Shown: positions 1 through 9,632 of the stretch, piece by piece | Numbering within the stretch: the first letter of the stretch is position 1 | Layout: each line of letters starts with the position of its first letter | IMG/VR virus record: IMGVR_UViG_3300027782_003601 | Coordinates: 96,001-160,000 of that record | Strand: one strand, 5' to 3' | Source of the DNA: a virus | DNA: 64,000 nt | Made by a program: the position numbers and the translations under genes | Notes under the pieces: generated by a model | What the model saw: only the letters and a program-made list of their open reading frames with translations | The model's database searches: none | What the model was told of the DNA's origin: nothing

Positions 1-2
1 CA

Positions 3-641
3 ATTGGTGAATGGGTTACAGATGAAATGATAAATGATAACCAATGGTATGGAAGTGATACACGTTGGTACATTGCACACTCTTACATCAAAGGTAAAGG
101 ACAAGATATAATAGATGAGATGTGTAAGATAATGGATTTACCCGAATCCTTAATTGAAGAGAATGAGTTAAATTCTATTGGAGCACAATATTTAATGAAA
201 GGTATAGATTATAATTTTTGGAATAGAGTTGAAATTGATTCTGAATTATTATATAAAAATATTACAGATTTAAATACTGAAAAAATTATTGAAGATAGAA
301 GAACGATGCCACCTGGAGAAGAAAGAACACCATACCATCCTTTGCAAATATGGTGTGCAGATATGTGGGCAGTATTGTGGGGTGGATGGAGATTGGGATA
401 CAAAACAAATTGCCATCCAAATTTTGATTTTAGTTGGGGAACATCAAATGAAGATGATTACTTTAAGATGAATATATTTCACAATGCTGGAGTAACATCA
501 AGTGAATATGGTAAATTTTATAAAGCAAATTATATTGATTCATTACCATATAACGAACAATTAGAAATAACACCCAATACGGCAAGTTGGCATTATTGGA
601 ATTGGATACAAAAAACAAAACAAAAATCAGTTTTATTATGA
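3..641 (+). CDS. Putative glycosyltransferase, 5'-partial (frame open from window start)
   Basis: Frame has no stop from nt 3. Motifs GAQYLMK, QIWCADMWAVLW and IFHNAG; the WxxDMW resembles the WxxEMY motif of GT95/GT96 protein O-glycosyltransferases (by eye). Confidence 0.45.
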   Translation: MGEWVTDEMINDNQWYGSDTRWYIAHSYIKGKGQDIIDEMCKIMDLPESLIEENELNSIGAQYLMKGIDYNFWNRVEIDSELLYKNITDLNTEKIIEDRRTMPPGEERTPYHPLQIWCADMWAVLWGGWRLGYKTNCHPNFDFSWGTSNEDDYFKMNIFHNAGVTSSEYGKFYKANYIDSLPYNEQLEITPNTASWHYWNWIQKTKQKSVLL

Positions 642-1672
642 TAGAGCATATAAAAAATCAGTTTCAAGAATACAAAATAAATCAATTACAATTAGACCCC
701 TTTGGAGTTTGTAATGCAAAATGTTGGTTTTGTCCGGTTGTTTTAAAAGGAAATCCAAAAGAAGGAAGAGAAGTAATGAGTCCTCAATTATTAGAAAAAA
801 TAATAAAAAATCTAATAGATGAAAGGGAAACAGATAATGGTTTAGTGACTAAAAGTTTTGGTGGTTTTTATACTGCACATTATAACGAAATTTTATTATA
901 CCCACATTTTGAACAATTATTACAAATATGTCAAAAATATAGATTATGTTTTATGGTGTTATCAAATGGTGTAACTTTAACACCAGAAAAAGTTGATTTG
1001 ATAAATAAATATAGTGGAGTGGTAAATGGTATATGTTTGAATGTTCCTGCGTTTGAAAAAGATTTGTGGAGTAAAAGAGCTGGAGTAAATCCTAAATTAT
1101 TTGATAAATTAATATCAAATATTGAATATGCAATTGATAATTTACCAATTATGGTTCAACATAAAACAATGTCAATTCAAATAAATGGAGCAAACGAATA
1201 TTCTTTTGAAGATAAAGGTGGGTGGTTAACAAAAGGTCCTGATTTTCCATCGGATATGAATTTAGACCCAATAACAGGTGAATTGGCAACACAAGAAAAA
1301 ATAGCAAGAGAACTATTCCCAACTATGCAAATATTTTCAGTTCCATCGTTGATAGATAGAGCAGGTGAGTTAGATAGTATTATGAGCAATAAATCTTCTA
1401 TCATTCGCAATTTACAAGGTGGAGATGAAACTAAAAAAGTTATTGGTTGTGGAAATGGTAGAGAAGTTGGGGGAAGACCTGTTGGTTGGATTCATGTAAA
1501 TGCAGCAGGAAAAGCATTTTTATGTTGCAATGATTATGATATGGAAATAGTAGTTGGTGATTTTAAAACACAAGAATTATCAGATTTTTGGGGAAAAGAT
1601 GAACATATAGAATTAGTAAAAAAATCTTATGAAAGTATATGTAGAACATGTGCTTCTGCAATTTTTGAATGA
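638..1672 (+). CDS. Radical SAM protein with C-terminal SPASM/twitch-like Cys cluster
   Basis: CNAKCWFC (CxxxCxxC) near N-terminus; C-terminal C...CCNDY...CRTC. Likely start ATG 638 overlaps the upstream stop (ATGA). Confidence 0.85.
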   Translation: MIEHIKNQFQEYKINQLQLDPFGVCNAKCWFCPVVLKGNPKEGREVMSPQLLEKIIKNLIDERETDNGLVTKSFGGFYTAHYNEILLYPHFEQLLQICQKYRLCFMVLSNGVTLTPEKVDLINKYSGVVNGICLNVPAFEKDLWSKRAGVNPKLFDKLISNIEYAIDNLPIMVQHKTMSIQINGANEYSFEDKGGWLTKGPDFPSDMNLDPITGELATQEKIARELFPTMQIFSVPSLIDRAGELDSIMSNKSSIIRNLQGGDETKKVIGCGNGREVGGRPVGWIHVNAAGKAFLCCNDYDMEIVVGDFKTQELSDFWGKDEHIELVKKSYESICRTCASAIFE

Positions 1673-1673
1673 T

Positions 1674-2315
1674 ATGAAAATAGCAATTGGTTTATTTGGG
1701 ATACATTATCAAAAACAATTAATTCATTGGATGCCAGATTGGTTGTTGGATATTGATTATAAGAATGTTTTAGATAATAACAAAAAATATTTGTATAGAA
1801 ATAATGATATAACATTCTATTCATCCACATATTTTACAGAAAAATTACCAGAATTAATTAATGATTTTAAATTTAAAAAATTACAATTAAATCAAATGCA
1901 AAATGAAAAAAATGAAATTATACAAAATAGATGGATAAAACGAAATAAAAGATTTAAAGAAACTATAAAATTAATTTTAGATGATGGTGTAGAATATGAA
2001 TATGCTATAATTCAAAGATTTGATTTATTTTTTAAAAAAAGTGTTTTTGATTATTAATTAGATTATACTAAATTAAATTTAATATGTAAATCAAAAACGG
2101 CAGATGATGTTGAATATTGGGATGATAACTTTTATTTTTTACCATATAAATTATTAAAAAAATTTTATAATGATTTGTGTAAGATACCTGAGAATGTAAG
2201 TTCACATTGCCATAATCAATATATAAAAGATTATAATTATTTGATAAACGAAGCATATGGTAGTCATGAGATTCCAATTTATATAATAGATAGAAACCCA
2301 TCTATAAAATTATGA
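1674..2315 (+). pseudogene. Glycosyltransferase-like hypothetical gene with one in-frame TAA at 2055-2057
   Basis: MKIAIGLFG...IIQRFDL; the same frame continues open for 85 codons after the TAA (LDYTKLNLIC...WDDNFYF...) to TGA 2313-2315. Confidence 0.55.
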
Positions 2316-2408
2316 TAGTATTTATCACAACAGGTTACGAAAAAAATTAAAAGAACTTAAAAAAAAGAACCCTTTTATTTATAAAAGTTTCTAATCTTAA
2401 ATTTTAAG

Positions 2409-2417
2409 ATATTTATA
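2409..2417 (+). promoter_or_regulatory. ATATTTATA late-promoter-like motif (first of at least 13 intergenic copies)
   Basis: Also at 6989, 11121, 13076, 16092, 24217, 30954, 31312, 36949, 43601, 51974, 55923 and 58974, always upstream of + strand genes. Confidence 0.7.
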
Positions 2418-2420
2418 CAT

Positions 2421-5400
2421 ATGAAATTAGAAGTAGATAAACCAGAGGTAAAAAAATTAGTAGTAGTATACTCGGGTCGTTTCCAACCATTCCATGCTGG
2501 GCACTATGTATCCTATTTAAAACTTTGTCAAAAATTTGGCAAAGATAATGTATATATTGCAACATCAAACGTAACATCTGGTCCAAAATCTCCATTTAAT
2601 TTTAACGAAAAAAAGGAAATTGCAACTAAAATGTTCAATGTTCCATCTGATAAATTTATAGAAGTTAAAAACCCATATGCTCCTAAAGAAATATTACAAC
2701 ATTTTGATGGAAAAACTACTGCTTATATTGCAGCAGTTGGGGAAAAAGATGAAAGTAGATTAACTGGTAAATATTTTAAACCATATAAAGGTAAAACTGG
2801 ATATGGATATGATGAGATAGGATATACATACGCAGTTCCTGCCGAATCAAACCCAATTAGTGGAACGGATGTTCGTAATTGGTTAGGTAGTGGAGATGAT
2901 GAATCTAAAAAGAAAAGATTCTTAAAAGCATATCCAAAGTTTAATGCAGATATTTTTAAAATGATAACAAACAAATTAAATGAAGATGGATTTCCTGGAG
3001 GAATCGGTACTGGTTTAGATTTACCAGGAGGATATATTAATGGTGCACCAACGGGTTCAACAAACGAATCAAATAATACTCACCCATCTTCAGAATTTAG
3101 AAAAGAACCACATCCAACAAGATATGAAACAGAACATCCATCGGATGAACCTGATTGGTATAAAACTGAAAATTTATATGACCCAATTGGAAATGTAATT
3201 GATAGAGTTGTTGCTGAAGAAATATTTAAAGAATTTTCTAAACAATATTTTGGTGAAGCTCCTAATCCTATAATGGATAAGGAGTTTGATTATACTGCTG
3301 CAGATGGTAAAAAGAAAAAAATTACTGTTAAAGGTGCATTAAGATTACCAAAAGAACATCCTGCACACGTTCAAGCTTCCAAATTAGTTGGTAGTGATAA
3401 AACATCTGCAATAGCAAAAGGACCAGAGGATGCTCCTGCAAACGAACCAAAAAAATTACCACAACAAGGAAAAGCTGCAAAACAAGCAGCAAAACCTGCT
3501 CAACCTGGACAACCAGTTAAGCAAGGTCAGACTCAACAAGGTAAAGCAGATAAGGCAACGGGAAAATCCACAACATCCACACCACAAGGAGCAGAACAAA
3601 CTCCACCTCCACAAACATTAAGTGGTGATGAATTAAAATCATCAGCTGAAAAGAAAAAAGATACAAACAAAAGTGTATTTGGAAAATGGGGTGATAGATT
3701 TAAACAAGAAGTTAAAGAAATTGGAGATACTATTAAAACATTTTTGGATGAAGATGAAGCTCATATAGCACATGAAGGACATGACCCGAATTCTCCAATA
3801 AGAAAAAAAATCACAGAAAAACTTACTGATTTTGTAGCAAAAATGCCTGCAAATGTTGCAAAGCATGTATTAAAAGTTGCAAAACAAAAAGTACATCAAT
3901 TAAAAAATACAGGTAGAGGTATTCAATCATTGGCAGTATCTGCAATGAAAGGTGAAAAACCTAAATTTGGTATGTATAAAAATAGAGATGGTAAATGGCA
4001 ACATAGTGAAAATGAAGCTAAAAGACAAAAGAAGGCATTTATAGATACTGGAAAAGATATTGCATTAACTGCGGCAGCAGTAGTAACCGCAGGTGCAATT
4101 TCGGGAGCAGTAGCAGGTGCAGCTCATGGAATTGGTGGAATTGCACATGGCGCAGCTCATGGAGCAACACATACATTATCTCATGGGGTAAGTGGATTTT
4201 TACATCATATGGCAGTTGATTTTGGAAAACATTGTTTTAAAGAATCTGTATTTTTAGCAACTGGCGCAGGACATACTCAAGCAGCTAATTTAGCTATGGG
4301 AGCGGGTTTAATTGGTGAAAATATTTGGAAAAATACAATCAATGAAGAAGATGATATTAAACAAAATACATCAATGTATACCGAATTATTGAAACAAACT
4401 TTGGAAAAAATGGAAACGTTTGAACCAAATCCAACTCAATATTTGGAAATGCTAAAATCATATGCGGCAACTAAACAAAAAGCAGATTTGCAAAAATTAG
4501 TAGGTCCTATGAATGAAGTAATTTCTCCATTAAAAAGAGAAAACGTAAATCATTTTGTAGAATACGCAACTAAACGATTAAAATTAAAAGAACAACCAAA
4601 AGTAACATTAATAGAAGACCCTGAGTTTTCAAAACAAAATCATTCATTAGGAGGATACAATGTTGATTCTAAAGAAATATTTGTAGCAACTGAAGGTAGA
4701 TTAACTGCGGATATTTTAAGAACTATTGCACATGAAATGGTTCATAGAAAGCAAGATGAAATGGGATTGATTGGTGATTCAGTAAAAGATGGTGCAGATG
4801 GTTCTCCAATAGAAAATAAAGCAAATTCAATAGCAGCAATATTACTAAGAGAATATGGTAAATTAAATAAAACAATTTACAATGAAGATATTAATATAGA
4901 TGTTGATAAGGGTGATACTGTTTTAATGGGTAAATTTAAAAACAAAAAAGTAGTAGCAAAAGACTTTGGAACTGATGACCATGGAATGCCAACAATCAAT
5001 GGTAAAGTTGCAACCACATTTAGAATACCAAGAGGAGAAGAAAAACCAGATTCACAATCCGTATTTGATGAAGTAACTACAAACGATTGGCATTTTAAAG
5101 CAATTATGGCTTTATATGATAAATCAAATTCATTTGGTAAAAAGAAAATAGCAGCAGCAGTTTGTTCAGACCCAAATGCAAATAGAAAAGATATTGTAGT
5201 TCAATTGAGAGATTCGGATTATCAAGAAGTAACTGCTATTACTGATAAATTAAGATTATCAGAATATATTGAAAAAAAAAAATTAAATGAAATTGAAGCT
5301 AAAACTAAAGGATTAGGTGGAACTAATCCAAATGATTACGAAACAAAAGCTGAAAAAGATTTTAATAAACACCATAGTATAGATATGTACACAAATTCAT

Positions 5401-6962
5401 TAGGTACTTTAGATAAAGATACTGTTGATTTTGATGATGGTGGTGTTGATGTTGGATTTGTTCCATATAATTCAAAAAAAGATAAAATAAAAAGAGGTTA
5501 TGAGCCTGTTAAAACTGAAAAACTAACACAATCTAATTTAGATAGTGTTGAAAAATATGCAGATAGAGAATTAAAACCTGCTGATATAGAGTTTAGTAAT
5601 CATTTTTTTGATAGAGTTAATGATACTCGTAATGGTAAAGAAATATCTGAACCAGAACTAACTGGTTTTTTTAAGAGATTAATACGCCACAAAAAACAAT
5701 TTATAGATTTTTTAGATAAATACAATCAAATCGTAGTTAAAGACGATAGAAGTAATATCAATATTCCATTTGCAAAGATGGCAAATAAAGTTATTGCCAA
5801 AACTATAATGAGAAAAAATGATTTTCAAACCACTTCTCCTACAATCGTAAATGAAGTAGGTGAGGGTTCATCAAAGCCATATTCTTTTACTCAAAAAAGA
5901 AACGAAAAAAATAATAAAATTTACTCATTTACTACCACTTCAAATGAAGATTATAGAGTTGAGTTTGATTATAAAGATAAGTTTGATGCTTGGGAGGTAT
6001 CATTTGCTACATATTTTGATTCAGATGATGCAGTTATAAATAAAGGAGAACTATACTCTGTAATGGCAACTATAACAAATATATCATTAGATTTTATTAA
6101 AAAAGTAAATCCTAAAACAGTATATTTTTCATCTTCAAAAAATTTTGATAATGATAATAGACGTGAAAAACTTTATTTGGCTTATATAAAAAAACAACTC
6201 CCTAATTGGAAATTGGGTAAAAACTCTGGTTTTACTACATTGACTAACCCTAAATATAATAATCAACCAAAGTTTGATTGGTTAAAACAACCAATAAATG
6301 AAATTACACAAGGTTTGTATGCAGGTAAAATTAAAATTGGTGGACAATCAGTTGATATTGAAGTAGAATTATTAGGAGCTGACAATAAAACAAAAGAGTT
6401 TTTAACAAAGATAATTCACATAGATAAAGAATATCAGAACAAATTACCTATTGGTTCTCAATTCAAAATACCAGCAAGAGTATTTAGAATGCCAGGTGGT
6501 GGATGGCACAAAATTAAATCATCCGCATTTAAAGAATCATTAAATGAGGGCGGAGCATATGGACATATGTCTCATCCGTTTGATGATATGAATTTAACTT
6601 TTGGTGATTTAAAAAATATAATCACAAATGCATTAACTGGTAATTTAGAATTGACAAGAGAAAAATGTATAGCTGGTGATACTATAATACATACTGAAAA
6701 AAATGGTGATATGACTATTGCAAAGTTTGTAGATAATAAATTAGTTGATAAAGTATTGTCATTTAATGAAGAAACCAAACAAAATGAATATATGGATGTT
6801 ATGTTATCTTTTAATAATGATATTTCAGATGATTGGTTGGAAATTGAATTAGAGGATGGAAAAACTATACAAGTAACTCCGAATCATAGAATGTATGTAG
6901 AAGGAATTGGATATGTTGAAGCAAAACATTTGACAAAAGATATGGAGTTAAAAATAATCTAA
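2421..6962 (+). CDS. Giant multi-domain protein, N-part of fractured gene: HxGH nucleotidyltransferase, HExxH domain, further modules, N-half of a ligase-like domain, then IntN
   Basis: GRFQPFHAGH (HxGH cytidylyltransferase-like), IAHEMVH (zincin motif), GHMSHPFD...TREK followed by intein block A C-IAGDT. Confidence 0.85.
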   Translation: MKLEVDKPEVKKLVVVYSGRFQPFHAGHYVSYLKLCQKFGKDNVYIATSNVTSGPKSPFNFNEKKEIATKMFNVPSDKFIEVKNPYAPKEILQHFDGKTTAYIAAVGEKDESRLTGKYFKPYKGKTGYGYDEIGYTYAVPAESNPISGTDVRNWLGSGDDESKKKRFLKAYPKFNADIFKMITNKLNEDGFPGGIGTGLDLPGGYINGAPTGSTNESNNTHPSSEFRKEPHPTRYETEHPSDEPDWYKTENLYDPIGNVIDRVVAEEIFKEFSKQYFGEAPNPIMDKEFDYTAADGKKKKITVKGALRLPKEHPAHVQASKLVGSDKTSAIAKGPEDAPANEPKKLPQQGKAAKQAAKPAQPGQPVKQGQTQQGKADKATGKSTTSTPQGAEQTPPPQTLSGDELKSSAEKKKDTNKSVFGKWGDRFKQEVKEIGDTIKTFLDEDEAHIAHEGHDPNSPIRKKITEKLTDFVAKMPANVAKHVLKVAKQKVHQLKNTGRGIQSLAVSAMKGEKPKFGMYKNRDGKWQHSENEAKRQKKAFIDTGKDIALTAAAVVTAGAISGAVAGAAHGIGGIAHGAAHGATHTLSHGVSGFLHHMAVDFGKHCFKESVFLATGAGHTQAANLAMGAGLIGENIWKNTINEEDDIKQNTSMYTELLKQTLEKMETFEPNPTQYLEMLKSYAATKQKADLQKLVGPMNEVISPLKRENVNHFVEYATKRLKLKEQPKVTLIEDPEFSKQNHSLGGYNVDSKEIFVATEGRLTADILRTIAHEMVHRKQDEMGLIGDSVKDGADGSPIENKANSIAAILLREYGKLNKTIYNEDINIDVDKGDTVLMGKFKNKKVVAKDFGTDDHGMPTINGKVATTFRIPRGEEKPDSQSVFDEVTTNDWHFKAIMALYDKSNSFGKKKIAAAVCSDPNANRKDIVVQLRDSDYQEVTAITDKLRLSEYIEKKKLNEIEAKTKGLGGTNPNDYETKAEKDFNKHHSIDMYTNSLGTLDKDTVDFDDGGVDVGFVPYNSKKDKIKRGYEPVKTEKLTQSNLDSVEKYADRELKPADIEFSNHFFDRVNDTRNGKEISEPELTGFFKRLIRHKKQFIDFLDKYNQIVVKDDRSNINIPFAKMANKVIAKTIMRKNDFQTTSPTIVNEVGEGSSKPYSFTQKRNEKNNKIYSFTTTSNEDYRVEFDYKDKFDAWEVSFATYFDSDDAVINKGELYSVMATITNISLDFIKKVNPKTVYFSSSKNFDNDNRREKLYLAYIKKQLPNWKLGKNSGFTTLTNPKYNNQPKFDWLKQPINEITQGLYAGKIKIGGQSVDIEVELLGADNKTKEFLTKIIHIDKEYQNKLPIGSQFKIPARVFRMPGGGWHKIKSSAFKESLNEGGAYGHMSHPFDDMNLTFGDLKNIITNALTGNLELTREKCIAGDTIIHTEKNGDMTIAKFVDNKLVDKVLSFNEETKQNEYMDVMLSFNNDISDDWLEIELEDGKTIQVTPNHRMYVEGIGYVEAKHLTKDMELKII
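6666..6962 (+). mobile_element. Split intein N-fragment (98 aa), conventional split site
   Basis: Starts Cys1 (CIAGDTIIHT); block B IQVTPNHRMY (TxxH); ends YVEAKHLTKDMELKII*. Confidence 0.92.
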
Positions 6963-6964
6963 CA

Positions 6965-6979
6965 ACCATCAGTTTTTTC
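6965..6979 (-). promoter_or_regulatory. Copy of the intein-less insertion site (GAA AAA ACT GAT GGT = EKTDG); candidate endonuclease operator
   Basis: Reverse complement of accatcagttttttc matches the reconstructed empty site GAAAAA|ACGGATGGG at 13/15, with both mismatches at codon third positions. Confidence 0.65.
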
Positions 6980-7017
6980 ACAAAATTTATATTTATATGT
7001 AAATAAAAACTATAAAT

Positions 7018-7752
7018 ATGATTGAAAAGTGTAAATATTGTGAAATAAAAATTAAAATTATTGGAAAAAATAGTATGAATGGACATATAACAAATTGTAA
7101 AAAATATAAAGAATGGAGAGATACTACTTTTAATTATGATTTTTTATATGATGCGTACATAGTAAATGGAAAGTCCGCATTACAAATTGCAAATGAAAAT
7201 GGGTGGAAATCATCTACTATAGTAAATAAACAATTGAATAGATTGGGTATAGCTGTTAGAAATGTTAAACAATCCCACCATATGTATGAGTATAAGTCTA
7301 GAATTGAAAAAACTAATTTTAAAAAATATGGAGCAGTAAATCCATTAAGTAAAGGAACTGTATCATATGAAAAACGAAATAAAACAGTTAAAGAAAAATA
7401 CGGAGTTGATAATGTATTTCAACATATGGATGTTAAAGAAAAAATAAGAAATTCTGGAGCATTCAAATCATTATTTCCAAACTATAATATAAATTCTATA
7501 CGAATTATAGAAGAGTATGGTAAGAAATATGGATATAATTTTCAACATGCCGAAAATGGGGGAGAATATTTTGTAAATGGGCTTGGATATTATTTGGATG
7601 GGTATGATAAAGAAAAAAATGTAGTAATTGAAATAGATGAATCCCATCATTTTAATAAAGATGGTTCACTTAAACAAAAAGATATAATACGTCAACAAAA
7701 AATAGAAGAATTATTACTATGTAAATTTATTAGAATAAAATATGAGAATTAA
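7018..7752 (+). CDS. Free-standing homing endonuclease, Vsr-like PD-(D/E)xK / EDxHD-type C-terminal nuclease
   Basis: YLDGYD..KNVVIEIDESHH..KD..RQ. N-terminus has a CxxC..H..C Zn-finger-like segment, an HTH-like segment and KYGxxN repeats. Lies between IntN and IntC. Confidence 0.85.
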   Translation: MIEKCKYCEIKIKIIGKNSMNGHITNCKKYKEWRDTTFNYDFLYDAYIVNGKSALQIANENGWKSSTIVNKQLNRLGIAVRNVKQSHHMYEYKSRIEKTNFKKYGAVNPLSKGTVSYEKRNKTVKEKYGVDNVFQHMDVKEKIRNSGAFKSLFPNYNINSIRIIEEYGKKYGYNFQHAENGGEYFVNGLGYYLDGYDKEKNVVIEIDESHHFNKDGSLKQKDIIRQQKIEELLLCKFIRIKYEN

Positions 7753-7846
7753 ATCTATAAAAAAAATAAATAAAGAGCAAAACAGATATGATTTAAAAGT
7801 AGATGGGTTTTCATGCTACTATGCAAATGATATATTAGTTCATAAT
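7742..7846 (+). mobile_element. Split intein C-fragment (35 aa), +1 residue Thr
   Basis: MRIKSIKKI..RYDLKV..YYANDILVHN followed by Thr (ACG 7847). Confidence 0.92.
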
Positions 7847-8887
7847 ACGGATGGGCAAGCTCTTGCAATTAGTTGGAAAAATGGTAGATTAATTGCAGCA
7901 AGAAACAAATCACATTTACAAAATGCAGGAGTAGGTGCTATGGGTATTGAAGATGTTGCATCAAAGTTTGCAGGTAGAGGTGGATTAACTGATGCTTACA
8001 ACTTTGCAATGAAAGATTTATCAGCAGCAATTCAATCTCTTTCAGAACCACAGAGAAAAAAAATATTTAACGAAGGACAGTGTTTTATGAATTTAGAGGT
8101 TATATGGCCTACATCGGTAAATGTAATACCTTATGGACAACCACTATTAGTATTTCACAATACAACTTGTTATGATGAGAAAGGTGTAGCAATCGGAGCA
8201 AATCAAGGAGCAGCAACAATGTTGGCAGGAATGATTAAACAAGTAAATGGAGATGTTCAATCTAAATATACAATTCAAGGACCTCCTGTAACAAAATTAC
8301 CAAATAATGAAGAATTGAGTTCTAAGCAAAGTAAATATTTAACACAACTACAAAAATTACAATTTCAATTTCAATTAAGTAATAAAGATGGTGTAGCAGA
8401 TTATCATCGTGCTTGGTGGGCAAACTTCATAGATAAGAGTAAAGTTAAGTTACAAAAATTAGAAAGAGATGCTTTAATTAACAGATGGGCATTTGGTGAT
8501 AAATCATTGCGTTTAAATACTATTACTGATAAAGATGCTCAAAAATGGGCAATGGATAATGATAAAGTAAATGTGGCAAACCAACAAAAAGAAAATATCA
8601 GACCATTTGAGGAAATATTTTTAGGAGTTGGAGCAGATGTTTTATCATTTATGGATTCAGTATTAACTGTAAATCCAAATGCAGCAGTTGCTAATATGAA
8701 ACAAAGATTAAAAGATACTGCTGATAAGGTAAGAGGTAGTGGAGATGTATCTAAAATAGAAAAATTAAAGAAAGAATTAGCAAGATTACAATCAATTGGT
8801 GGATTGGATAAGATAGTTCCAAATGAGGGTATTGTATTTATTTATAAAGGAAACACTTATAAACTTACAGGAACTTTTGCACCTTAA
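7742..8887 (+). CDS. C-part of fractured gene: IntC (35 aa) plus C-extein completing an RNA/DNA-ligase-like nucleotidyltransferase domain
   Basis: YDLKV...ILVHN|TDGQ. Splicing restores EKTDG (motif I KxDG); later FMNLEVI, LLVFH, EGIVF and YKLT resemble ligase motifs III-V. Confidence 0.85.
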   Translation: MRIKSIKKINKEQNRYDLKVDGFSCYYANDILVHNTDGQALAISWKNGRLIAARNKSHLQNAGVGAMGIEDVASKFAGRGGLTDAYNFAMKDLSAAIQSLSEPQRKKIFNEGQCFMNLEVIWPTSVNVIPYGQPLLVFHNTTCYDEKGVAIGANQGAATMLAGMIKQVNGDVQSKYTIQGPPVTKLPNNEELSSKQSKYLTQLQKLQFQFQLSNKDGVADYHRAWWANFIDKSKVKLQKLERDALINRWAFGDKSLRLNTITDKDAQKWAMDNDKVNVANQQKENIRPFEEIFLGVGADVLSFMDSVLTVNPNAAVANMKQRLKDTADKVRGSGDVSKIEKLKKELARLQSIGGLDKIVPNEGIVFIYKGNTYKLTGTFAP

Positions 8888-8960
8888 ATCAGATTTTAGG
8901 TATTTTTTACGAATAGTTTGATATATATAATAAATAAATTAGTTATATTAATATAGAATT

Positions 8961-9629
8961 ATGGCAAAGAGAAAATCCTTTGAAGAAAAAAACAAACACA
9001 TTCACAAATCTCGTCAATTAATTATAGATACGGTTTTTGGTAGAACGGATGATAATCAAACAACATTTGGTTACGAAAAAGAAGCCGACAAAAAAAGAGA
9101 AATTGGTGAAAAATGGGTGGATAGTGATGGTGTACAATGGGAACAAAAAGATGGGTTTAGAACAAACCTAACTAAAATGGATGAAGTAAGAGAATTCTTA
9201 CAAAAAATCAGTAGATGTTCTTTACCTGAATGTAAAACTGTAAAATATAGTACTGCAGATAAAAAAGCAATTGTTAAAACTACTATGTGTTTAGATTGCT
9301 TATCTAAAGTTGAAACAAAATTAAGAGTAGATGGTACATGGCCATTTTATGAGGATTATAAGATTACATTAAATAAATTAGGTTATATAAGAGATATAAA
9401 ATCTCAAATGGAAGAAGCATTGTTAGGTATTAAACAACAAGTTGAAATGGTAAATGAAAATGGTACTATTTCTAAATGGCAATGGGATATTGATATTGAA
9501 AAAGTAAAAGAAGATATTAAAAAAGATATAGATGGAGCATATGATGCAATTGAAGCTTTATTAGAAAGAAAATTAGCATTAGAAGAAAAATTGATAGAAT
9601 TAAATCATTCAGAACTTATAAAACAATAG
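8961..9629 (+). CDS. Hypothetical protein with Zn-finger-like Cys pairs and coiled-coil C-terminus
   Basis: CSLPEC...CLDC; long ORF with normal codon usage. Confidence 0.75.
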   Translation: MAKRKSFEEKNKHIHKSRQLIIDTVFGRTDDNQTTFGYEKEADKKREIGEKWVDSDGVQWEQKDGFRTNLTKMDEVREFLQKISRCSLPECKTVKYSTADKKAIVKTTMCLDCLSKVETKLRVDGTWPFYEDYKITLNKLGYIRDIKSQMEEALLGIKQQVEMVNENGTISKWQWDIDIEKVKEDIKKDIDGAYDAIEALLERKLALEEKLIELNHSELIKQ

Positions 9630-9632
9630 ATT

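Noticed and set aside
7011-7019. Minus-strand ATATTTATA that could transcribe the target copy at 6965-6979
   Set aside because: It overlaps the start context TATAAAT-ATG, which resembles ordinary A/T-rich initiation regions here, so it cannot be distinguished from chance without TSS data.
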